A stretch of DNA of 64,000 nucleotides, taken from Rhodocyclaceae bacterium (GTDB lineage Bacteria; Pseudomonadota; Gammaproteobacteria; Burkholderiales; Rhodocyclaceae). The position numbers and the translations under genes were made by a program. This document shows, in pieces, positions 41,811-49,462 of this stretch. The DNA lies in NCBI GenBank assembly GCA_035335645.1, contig DAOQMM010000007.1, forward strand, positions 283 through 64,282. Reading direction: 5' to 3'. The notes beneath the pieces were generated by a model. That model made no database searches and had not been told where the DNA came from. It was given only the letters and a program-made list of their open reading frames with translations. Numbering within the stretch: the stretch's first letter is position 1; each line of letters starts with the position of its first letter.

Positions 41811-43220
41811 ATGAAATTCCAGATCAAGACCTGCGTCGCCGCCCTCGCCCTGGTCGGCACCACCTCCGCCTTTGCCGCCGGCGAAGCCACCAACGTCATC
41901 TTCTTCCTCGGCGACGGCATGGGCCCCACCACCGTCACCGCCAGCCGCATCTACGAGTATGGCGAGGCCGGCAAGCTGAACATGGAGTCCCTGACCCGCA
42001 CCGCGCGGATCAAGACCTACTCCAACGACGCCCAGACCACCGACAGCGCCCCGTCCATGGCCGCCTACATGACCGGCGTCAAGATGAACAACGAAGTGCT
42101 GTCCATGAGCGCCGACACCAAGGCCTACGCCAGCACCGCCACCAACAGCGGCTACGTCAGCGGCGCCGACAGCACCTGCCCGGCCACCGGCAACGGCACG
42201 GCCGTCACCACCCTGCTGGAGCTGTCCAAGGCCGCCGGCAAGTCCGTCGGCGCGGTGACCACCACCCGCATCACCCACGCCACCCCGGCGGCCACCTATT
42301 CCCACATCTGCCACCGGGACGGCGAGAACGACATCGCTGCCCAGGCCGTGCCCGGCTCCGGCAAGTTCAACAGCGCCCTCGGCAGCGGCGTGGATGTGCT
42401 CCTCGGCGGCGGCTGGCGCTTCTTCAAGCCCAATACCGTCACCGGTGGCAGCCGTACCGATGGCCAGGACCTGACCGCCAAGCTGCAGACCGCGGGCTAC
42501 ACCTACGTGGAGACCGGCACCGCCTTCAAGGCCGTCGATGCCACCGCCACCAGCAAGCTGGTCGGCCTCTTCAACCGCGACCACCTCAACTACGAGCTGG
42601 ATCGGGTCAACAAGAGCATCGACGAACCCAGCCTCGCCGACATGACCGAAAAGGCCATCAAGATCCTGCAGAAGAACGGCAAGGGATTCTTCCTGATGGT
42701 GGAAGGCGGCCGCATCGACCACGCCCTGCACGGCACCAACGCCAAGCGCGCACTGGAAGACACCATCGCCTTCGACGAAGCCATCAAGCGCGCCCTGTCC
42801 CTGGTGGATCTGAAGAACACCCTGGTCGTCGTCACCGCCGACCACGATCACACCATGACCTTCAACGGCTACTCCCACAAGGGCAACCCCATCCTGGGCA
42901 AGGTCACCGACATCACCCAAACCACCGTCAAGAAGACCCCGGTCCTCGCCGCCGCGGCCGACGGCAAGCCCTACACCACCCTGGTGTTCGGCAACGGCGG
43001 CGGCCCCCGCAAGGCCACCCGGGACGACCTGACCAGCGTGGACACCACCACCGACGACTACCTCCAGGAAGTCGCGGTAAACCTGGGCTCGGCCGGCACC
43101 GAAACCCACGGCGGCGGCGACGTCATGCTGTTCTCCGGCGGCGCCGGCAGCAGCGGCTTCAAGGGCACGATGGTGAACACCAAGGTGTTCGGCCTGGTGA
43201 AGTCCGCCCTCGGCCTGTAA
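41811..43220 (+). CDS. phoA: Alkaline phosphatase PhoA family, second tandem copy with Sec signal peptide
   Basis: Same active-site motifs; AFA signal peptidase I site; AGGAG RBS. Confidence 0.95.
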   Translation: MKFQIKTCVAALALVGTTSAFAAGEATNVIFFLGDGMGPTTVTASRIYEYGEAGKLNMESLTRTARIKTYSNDAQTTDSAPSMAAYMTGVKMNNEVLSMSADTKAYASTATNSGYVSGADSTCPATGNGTAVTTLLELSKAAGKSVGAVTTTRITHATPAATYSHICHRDGENDIAAQAVPGSGKFNSALGSGVDVLLGGGWRFFKPNTVTGGSRTDGQDLTAKLQTAGYTYVETGTAFKAVDATATSKLVGLFNRDHLNYELDRVNKSIDEPSLADMTEKAIKILQKNGKGFFLMVEGGRIDHALHGTNAKRALEDTIAFDEAIKRALSLVDLKNTLVVVTADHDHTMTFNGYSHKGNPILGKVTDITQTTVKKTPVLAAAADGKPYTTLVFGNGGGPRKATRDDLTSVDTTTDDYLQEVAVNLGSAGTETHGGGDVMLFSGGAGSSGFKGTMVNTKVFGLVKSALGL

Positions 43221-43276
43221 AGCATCGATTGCCATCCGGGATCGGCCTGCTGCGTAGAAGAAGTTGGTCCCATTTC

Positions 43277-43309
43277 CCGCCCGACCCCACCGGTCGGGCG
43301 GCTTTTTTT
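43277..43309 (+). terminator. Rho-independent terminator after phoA pair
   Basis: CCGCCCGACC-CCACC-GGTCGGGCGG stem-loop followed by T7. Confidence 0.85.
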
Positions 43310-43327
43310 GAGACATTCCCCGTCACG

Positions 43328-43993
43328 ATGAAGAAGCTCCTCCTCGCCGCCCTCCTCGGCGCCCTCACCGCCGGCGCCCGTGCCGACGACCTGGCCCTGC
43401 GCATCGAACACGACAGCACCGTCGTCGGTGCCGACGGCGTCACCCGCAACGTGCGCTTCGCCGAACGCCTGATCCGCCGCGACGCGCAGAGCTGGCTGGC
43501 GCGCATCCTGCCCCCCGGCGCCCACGAGGACGCCGAACACGCCGCCGGCGCCAAGGGCCACAAGCACATGGACATCGCCGCCGCCACCCGCTGGGTGGTC
43601 CGCGCCCCCGACGGCAAGCTGCGGGTGCGCCTGGTGAACGACCACGACCGGATGATCGTGGACATCGCACCCGTCGATTACGCCAACATCGGCTTCGACG
43701 GCCGCTGGAGCACCGCGGCCCAGCTCATCGACCCGGAGCAGATCCGCCAGATGAAGCCTCTTGCCCGCAGCGCCCCGGCCGGCACCCGCTGGTACGAGAG
43801 CGGCACGCCCGACGCCCGCGTGCAGGTACTGTGGGACGAAAAGGACAAGTACCCGCGACGCATCGAATCCAGCAACGCTGCCGGCACCCGCCGCAGCGTC
43901 CTCAACGCCACCCGCGAGGCCCTGCCCGCCGTGCTGCCGTGGACGCGCCTGGACGGCTACGCCCTGAAGGAATACTCCGACCTGCTCGACTAG
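43328..43993 (+). CDS. Hypothetical exported protein with His-rich loop
   Basis: Signal peptide MKKLLLAALLGALTAGARA; HEDAEHAAGAKGHKH; strong coding bias. Confidence 0.75.
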   Translation: MKKLLLAALLGALTAGARADDLALRIEHDSTVVGADGVTRNVRFAERLIRRDAQSWLARILPPGAHEDAEHAAGAKGHKHMDIAAATRWVVRAPDGKLRVRLVNDHDRMIVDIAPVDYANIGFDGRWSTAAQLIDPEQIRQMKPLARSAPAGTRWYESGTPDARVQVLWDEKDKYPRRIESSNAAGTRRSVLNATREALPAVLPWTRLDGYALKEYSDLLD

Positions 43994-44020
43994 GACCGGC
44001 GCCGCCGCCCGAGGCGCCCC

Positions 44021-44038
44021 CTGTCACGAATCTGTCAC
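44021..44038 (+). promoter_or_regulatory. Near-consensus Pho box
   Basis: CTGTCAC-GAAT-CTGTCAC, matching the PhoB consensus CTGTCAT-A(A/T)A(A/T)-CTGTCA(C/T). Confidence 0.8.
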
Positions 44039-44098
44039 ACCCCTGGAACCCCGGCGCCGCACCATGGCGTGGAATCCATCCGTCTGCAAGGTGTCCCC

Positions 44099-44473
44099 AT
44101 GGTCTTCTTCGAACTCTTCTCCAACGCCCCCGACATCGTCCGCGTCCCTGCCGGGAAGGCCCTCTTCCACGAAGGTGAAGAAGGCTGCTGCATGTTCGTG
44201 CTGACCATCGGCAGCGCCGAGGTCTATGTGAAGAACCGCCGGGTCGAGCTCCTTGTGCCGGGCAACATGGTCGGCGAGCTGGCCCTGGTCACCCGCGGCC
44301 CCCGCACGGCCACCGTCCTCGCCCTGGAAGACAGCGAGTTCGTGTCCATCGACGAGGACCGCTTCAACTATCTGGTCCAGCACACGCCCTTCTTCGCCCT
44401 CAACGTCATGCGCCTGCTGGCCGAGCGCCTGGCTGCGGCGTCCAGTGCCCTGCCGGCGGTGGAGGACGTCTGA
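44099..44473 (+). CDS. Stand-alone cyclic nucleotide-binding domain protein
   Basis: LFHEGEEG, GNMVGELALVTRGPRTATVLA (phosphate-binding cassette); no HTH; start may be GTG 44069. Confidence 0.85.
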   Translation: MVFFELFSNAPDIVRVPAGKALFHEGEEGCCMFVLTIGSAEVYVKNRRVELLVPGNMVGELALVTRGPRTATVLALEDSEFVSIDEDRFNYLVQHTPFFALNVMRLLAERLAAASSALPAVEDV

Positions 44474-44483
44474 CCCGCGGGCC

Positions 44484-44690
44484 TCAGCGCGGACCGGCGT
44501 TCCCGTCCGGTGCAAACTCCCCGCACCAGGAAAAGCTTGTCACCGCCGGAAAGCGCCAGGTGTGGTGCTCCGCCGGGTGCTCGCCGGCAAAGGATGGTGG
44601 GTAGCGGTGGCAGGTGCCGCTGGTGGCCCCATTGCTCTGAAAGTACGCGCACTCGGCGCAGGTGGGATGGTTCAGTCGGGGATCGGACAT
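44484..44690 (-). CDS. Small four-cysteine protein (68 aa)
   Basis: MSDPRLNHPTCAECAYF...GTCHRYPP...WRFPAV...WCGEF; C-terminal part of an ORF-track frame. Confidence 0.65.
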   Translation of the reverse strand: MSDPRLNHPTCAECAYFQSNGATSGTCHRYPPSFAGEHPAEHHTWRFPAVTSFSWCGEFAPDGNAGPR

Positions 44691-44791
44691 GGTCGGGTCG
44701 GGAAAATGTTGATCGCGGCCGTCGCCGCGGCGATAACGCTGCCGCTCCATTATGAGGGCCCGATGTGACAGAAATTCGGCACTGCAGCATC

Positions 44792-44829
44792 GCCACATCA
44801 CCGTAACGCGCCCGTCACCCGGCCGCAAC
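44792..44829 (+). promoter_or_regulatory. Pho-box-like repeat array upstream of TPAT operon
   Basis: GCCAC/GTAAC/GTCAC/GCAAC at 44792, 44803, 44814, 44825 (11-bp period). Confidence 0.5.
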
Positions 44830-44897
44830 ATGGCGCCGCTATCGTCGCGGCATTTCCGCACGGCCGGCCCCGACCGGCGCCGCCCCGAACCGTCGCC

Positions 44898-45797
44898 ATG
44901 CCCCGTCCGCGTCTCCGCGCCCTGCGCACCGCTGCATTCCTCGCCCTCCTGTCCCTCGGCCTCAGCGCTTGCTCCCCGCGCCAGCTGGTGGTGCGCAGCG
45001 TCGCCGACCAGTTGGCCGGCCAGGACGCCGGCAGTGAGAACGATCCGGAGCTCGCCCGGGAAGCCAGCGCCTTTTACCTCAAGCTGTCCGAATCCGTGCT
45101 GCGTCAGGATCCGGACCACCTGCCCCTCGCCACCGCGGTGGCCGGCGGCTTCACCCAGTACGCCTACGCCTTCGTCGCCTTCGACGCCGACCGCCTCGAA
45201 GCCCGCGACAGCCGCGGCGCCCAGGCCCTGCGCGAGCGGGCCGCGCGCCTCTACCGGCGCGCCCGCGACCACGCCCTCGCCACCCTCGAACGCCATCGCC
45301 CCGGCCTCGCCGCCGAACTGGCCACAGCGGGCCCCGAGCGTCCTCTGGCCAAGGATCTCGTTCCCCTCGCCTACTGGGGCGCGGCAGCCTGGGGCGGACT
45401 CGTCAGCCTCTCCAAGGACGACCCGGACACCGTCGCCGACCTGCCCCGTGCGATCCGCCTCGCCCGCCTGGCCTGGCTCGCCGATCCCGCCTGGGGCGAC
45501 GGCACGCTGGCCAGCCTGATGGGCAGTTTCGAGGCCGCCCGCCCCGGCGGCAGCGCCCGCCAGGCCGAAGCCTATTTCGACGACGCCCTGCGCCTTGCCG
45601 CCGGTCGCAGCGCCGGTGCCTTCGTCGCCAAGGCCGAAGGCGTCGCCCAGCCCGCCGGCGACAAGGCCGCCTTCCTCGACCTGCTGCGCCAGGCCGAGGC
45701 CGTGCGCGACACCCCCGGCAGCCCCCTCACCCTCGCCAACGAAGTCATGCGCCGCCGCGCCCGCTGGCTCGCCGAGAACGCCGACGACCTGTTCTGA
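44898..45797 (+). CDS. TRAP transporter TatT component (TPR-like lipoprotein, TPAT system)
   Basis: LSAC lipobox; GGFTQYAYAFV, AYWGAAAWGGLVSLSKD and LANEVMRRRARWL motifs; precedes DctP. Confidence 0.85.
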   Translation: MPRPRLRALRTAAFLALLSLGLSACSPRQLVVRSVADQLAGQDAGSENDPELAREASAFYLKLSESVLRQDPDHLPLATAVAGGFTQYAYAFVAFDADRLEARDSRGAQALRERAARLYRRARDHALATLERHRPGLAAELATAGPERPLAKDLVPLAYWGAAAWGGLVSLSKDDPDTVADLPRAIRLARLAWLADPAWGDGTLASLMGSFEAARPGGSARQAEAYFDDALRLAAGRSAGAFVAKAEGVAQPAGDKAAFLDLLRQAEAVRDTPGSPLTLANEVMRRRARWLAENADDLF

Positions 45798-45833
45798 ACG
45801 TCGGCCCCTCGCCCCTCACCCGGAAAACGCCCC

Positions 45834-46856
45834 ATGCCGCTCACCGCCCGCCGCCACGCCCTGCGCCTGCTCGCCACCCTGCCCGCCCTGGCCCTGCCCG
45901 GCCTCGCCGTGGCCGCCGGCCCACAGATGCGCATCGGCACCCTCGCCCCCAAGAACTCCCTCTACCACCGCCAGTTGCTGGAGATCGGCGAAGCCTGGCG
46001 CGCGGCCCAGGGCGAAGGCGCCAAGTTCACCGTCTATCCCGACGGCAGCCAGGGTGGCGAGACCGACATGGCCCGGCGCATGCGCATCGGCCAGCTCCAG
46101 GGCGCCCTGCTGTCGGTGGTCGGCCTGCGGGAGATCGAGCCCTCCATCTCTGCCCTGCAGAACATGCCCCTGATGTTCCGCAGCTGGGACGAGGTGGATT
46201 ACGTCCGCGAAAAGATCCGCCCCGCCATGGAAAAGAAGTTCCTCGACAAGGGCTTCGTCGTCCTCACCTGGGGCGACGCCGGCTGGGTGCGCTTCTTCTC
46301 CAAGGAAGCCGCCGTGCGCCCGGACGACTACAAGAAGATGAAGTTCTTCGCCTGGGCCGGCGAATCCGAGCAGCAGGACATCATGAAGAGCCTCGGCTAC
46401 ACCCCGGTGCCCCTCGAAACCAGCGACATCCTGCCGTCCATCCAGACCGGCATGATCAACGCCGTCCCGTCCACGCCCTACTTCGCCCTGGCCAGCCAGG
46501 TCTATGCCACCGCGAACCACATGCTGGACATCAACTGGGCCCCCATCGTCGGCGCCCTGGTGGTGACTAAAAAGGCCTGGGACGACATGACCCCCGCCGC
46601 CCAGACCGCCCTGCGCGACGCCGCTGCCAAGGCCGGCGCCCAGATGCGCCAGCAGGCCCGCAAGGAGGTGGACGAAGCCGTGGAGGCCATGAAGAAGCGC
46701 GGCCTGGTGGTCCACACCCCCACCCCCGAGCAGATGAAGGAATGGAACGACCTGGCGGACAAGCTCTATCCCCGCATCCGCGGCAAGATGGTGCCCGCCG
46801 ACACCTTCGACGAGGTCGTGTCCCTGCTCAAGACCTACCGCGCCGGCAAACGCTGA
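45834..46856 (+). CDS. dctP: TRAP substrate-binding protein DctP/TatP
   Basis: RIGTLAPKNS, YPDGSQGGETDMARRMRIGQLQG and IQTGMINA motifs. Confidence 0.9.
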   Translation: MPLTARRHALRLLATLPALALPGLAVAAGPQMRIGTLAPKNSLYHRQLLEIGEAWRAAQGEGAKFTVYPDGSQGGETDMARRMRIGQLQGALLSVVGLREIEPSISALQNMPLMFRSWDEVDYVREKIRPAMEKKFLDKGFVVLTWGDAGWVRFFSKEAAVRPDDYKKMKFFAWAGESEQQDIMKSLGYTPVPLETSDILPSIQTGMINAVPSTPYFALASQVYATANHMLDINWAPIVGALVVTKKAWDDMTPAAQTALRDAAAKAGAQMRQQARKEVDEAVEAMKKRGLVVHTPTPEQMKEWNDLADKLYPRIRGKMVPADTFDEVVSLLKTYRAGKR

Positions 46857-46927
46857 AGGACGTCATGGCGCGCCGGCCGTGCCCACCTTCGTGCTTTCCG
46901 CCTCCCACTTCCGCGCCCTCCCCCCCA

Positions 46928-48745
46928 ATGCGCCGCTTCCTGCCCGACGAGGCCCTCGCCTCCGCCGCCCTCTTCCTGATGACCCTCATCCCGCTGGTGG
47001 AGATGGCCGTGCGGCCGCTCTTCGGCAAGGGCATCGACAACGCCCCGCTGCTGGTCCAGCACCTGGGGCTGATCCTCGCCATGTTTGGCGCCCTGCTGGC
47101 GGAGCGGGGCGGCCACCTCACCTCCCTCGGCAACAGTCTGGGCAGCGCCCGCGATCCGCGCGTCCGCGCTGCCGCCGGCCTTTTTGCCCATGCTGCCGCG
47201 GCCCTGCTGTGCGGCCTGCTCGGCGCGGCAAGCTGGGCCTTCGTCGCCAGCGAGCTGGACGCCGGCCGCGAGCTGGCCTACGGCCTGCCGGTGTGGACGG
47301 TCCAGGCTGCAATGCCCCTCGGCTTCCTGCTCCTGGGCATGCGCCTGGGCGCCCGCTGCGCGCCGGCCGGCCTCGCGCGCCCCCTGGTGGGCGCCTCGCT
47401 GGCAGGCCTTGGCTTCCTGCTGGCCCGCCACTTCGACGGCAGCACCCTGAGCTTCGCCCCCTTCGCGGTCGCCCTGCTGGCCGCCCTGCTGGCCGGCGCC
47501 CCCATCTTCGCGGTGCTGGGCGGCCTCGCCCTGGGCCTGTTCTGGTCCGAAGGCCAGCCCCTCGCCTCGGTGCCCCTCAGCCACTACCAGATCACCGTCA
47601 ACCCGTCCCTGCCGGCCCTGCCCCTGTTCACCCTGGCCGGCCTGGTGTTCGCCCGCAGCGGTGCGGCCGGACGCCTCGGCACCCTGTTCACCGCCTGCTT
47701 CGGCGGCGGCGCCACCGGCAGCGCGGTGGCCGCGGCGGTGCTGTGCTCCTGCTTCACCGCCTTCACCGGCGGCAGCGGCGTCACCATCCTCGCCCTCGGC
47801 GGCCTGCTCCTGCCCCTGCTGCGCGACGCGGGCCTGCCTGAACGGCGCGGCATCAGCCTGGTCACCAGCGCCAGCGCCCTGGGCGTGCTGCTCGCCCCGT
47901 CGGTGCCGCTCATCATGGTCGCCATCATCGCCCGGGTGCCCATCAACACCATGTTCCTGGCCGGCCTGCTGCCGGCCCTGGTGATGGTCCTGTGCCTCTT
48001 GCTGGTGGGCGGCTACCTGCGCTCCACGCCCCGCGCCGGGGCGCCCGTCGCCGCCCCGTCCGCAGGGGTCCCGTCTGGCGTGGGCCTGCGCGCGGCCATC
48101 TGGGCGGCCCGCTGGGAGATCCTTGCCCCGGTGGTGGCCATCGGCGCCCTCGCCAGCGGCATCGCCACCCCCACCGAGAGCGCTGCCCTCACCGCCGCCT
48201 ACGCCCTGTTCACCCAGGCCGTGCTGCACCGGGAGGTGGACGCCACCCTGCTGCGCCGCTGCCTGGCCGACTGCGCCCAGGTCATCGGCGGCGTGATGCT
48301 GATCCTCGGCATGGCCCTGGGCCTGACCAACTACCTGGTGGATGCGGGCATCCCGGATGCCGCCGTGGACTGGGTGCAGGCCACCCTGCCCAACAAGTTC
48401 GCCTTCCTGGTGGCCCTCAACCTGTTCCTCTTCGTGGCCGGCGCCCTGATGGAGATCTACGCCGCGATCGTCGTGCTGGTGCCCCTGCTGCTGCCGGTGG
48501 CGGTCAGTTATGACATCGACCCGGTGCACTTCGGCGTGATCTTCCTGGCCGTCATGGAGATGGGCTTCCTGTGCCCGCCGGCAGGGATGAACATCTTCTT
48601 CGCCTCCGCCATGTTCGCCCGCCCCATCCGCGAGGTAGCCGTGTCGGTGCTGCCGGCCCTGCTGGCAATCTTCCTCGGCGCCCTGATCATCGCCTGGGTG
48701 CCCTGGCTGGCCACCGGGCTGCCGGCGCTGTTCGCCCTGCACTGA
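46928..48745 (+). CDS. dctM: TRAP transporter fused small and large permease (DctQ-M)
   Basis: N-terminal 4-TM DctQ-like part, then LPALPLFTLAG, FTAFTGGSGVTI, ATPTESA and DPVHFGVIF DctM motifs; start approximate. Confidence 0.9.
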   Translation: MRRFLPDEALASAALFLMTLIPLVEMAVRPLFGKGIDNAPLLVQHLGLILAMFGALLAERGGHLTSLGNSLGSARDPRVRAAAGLFAHAAAALLCGLLGAASWAFVASELDAGRELAYGLPVWTVQAAMPLGFLLLGMRLGARCAPAGLARPLVGASLAGLGFLLARHFDGSTLSFAPFAVALLAALLAGAPIFAVLGGLALGLFWSEGQPLASVPLSHYQITVNPSLPALPLFTLAGLVFARSGAAGRLGTLFTACFGGGATGSAVAAAVLCSCFTAFTGGSGVTILALGGLLLPLLRDAGLPERRGISLVTSASALGVLLAPSVPLIMVAIIARVPINTMFLAGLLPALVMVLCLLLVGGYLRSTPRAGAPVAAPSAGVPSGVGLRAAIWAARWEILAPVVAIGALASGIATPTESAALTAAYALFTQAVLHREVDATLLRRCLADCAQVIGGVMLILGMALGLTNYLVDAGIPDAAVDWVQATLPNKFAFLVALNLFLFVAGALMEIYAAIVVLVPLLLPVAVSYDIDPVHFGVIFLAVMEMGFLCPPAGMNIFFASAMFARPIREVAVSVLPALLAIFLGALIIAWVPWLATGLPALFALH

Positions 48746-48766
48746 CCCACACGCGGCGGCACCCGC

Positions 48767-49462
48767 TCAACGCGGACAGAATCGATATCCCACGCCGGAT
48801 TCAGTGAGGAGGTGGCGCGGCCGCGACGGGTCGTCCTCGATCTTCTTGCGCAGCTGGGCCATATGGACGCGCACGTAGTGGACGTCCTCCGCGTGCCCCG
48901 GCCCCCACACCGTCAGCGCCAGATGGCGGTGCGTCAGCACCGTGTCCGGGTGGGAGGCGAGGCAGGCGAGCAGGCGGAACTCGATGGGCGTCAGGTGCAC
49001 CGGCACCCCGTCCCGCTCGATCAGCCGGCGCCCGAAGTCCGCCCGGAGGCGCCCGAAGCTCATCACGCCGGGCGTGCCGTCGCGGGGCGCCGCACGGCGC
49101 AACTGGGCCCGCACCCGAGCCAGCAGCTCGGCCGCACCGAACGGCTTGACGAGGTAGTCGTCGGCCCCCGCATCCAGCGCCGCCACCTTCTCCGACTCCT
49201 GGGTGCGCGCCGACAGGACGATGACGGGGATCGCCGACCAGGTCCGCAGTTCGCGGATGAAGGCCTTGCCGTCGCCGTCGGGCAGGCCCAGATCGAGCAC
49301 CACCAGATCCGCCTGGCGCGTGCCCGCCTCGATCAGCCCGCGCTTCACGGAGTCCGCCTCGAAGGCCTGCAGGTCGGCGCTCTCGAGTGCCATGCAGACG
49401 AAGCGCCGGATCTTCGGTTCGTCCTCGATCACCACCACGACCGGCCGGGGATCAGTGCCCAT
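48767..49462 (-). CDS. kdpE: Response regulator KdpE
   Basis: VIEDEPKIRRF, LDLGLPDGDG, GADDYLVKPF and HYVRVHMAQLRKKIEDDPSRPRHLLTESGVGYRF. Confidence 0.95.
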   Translation of the reverse strand: MGTDPRPVVVVIEDEPKIRRFVCMALESADLQAFEADSVKRGLIEAGTRQADLVVLDLGLPDGDGKAFIRELRTWSAIPVIVLSARTQESEKVAALDAGADDYLVKPFGAAELLARVRAQLRRAAPRDGTPGVMSFGRLRADFGRRLIERDGVPVHLTPIEFRLLACLASHPDTVLTHRHLALTVWGPGHAEDVHYVRVHMAQLRKKIEDDPSRPRHLLTESGVGYRFCPR

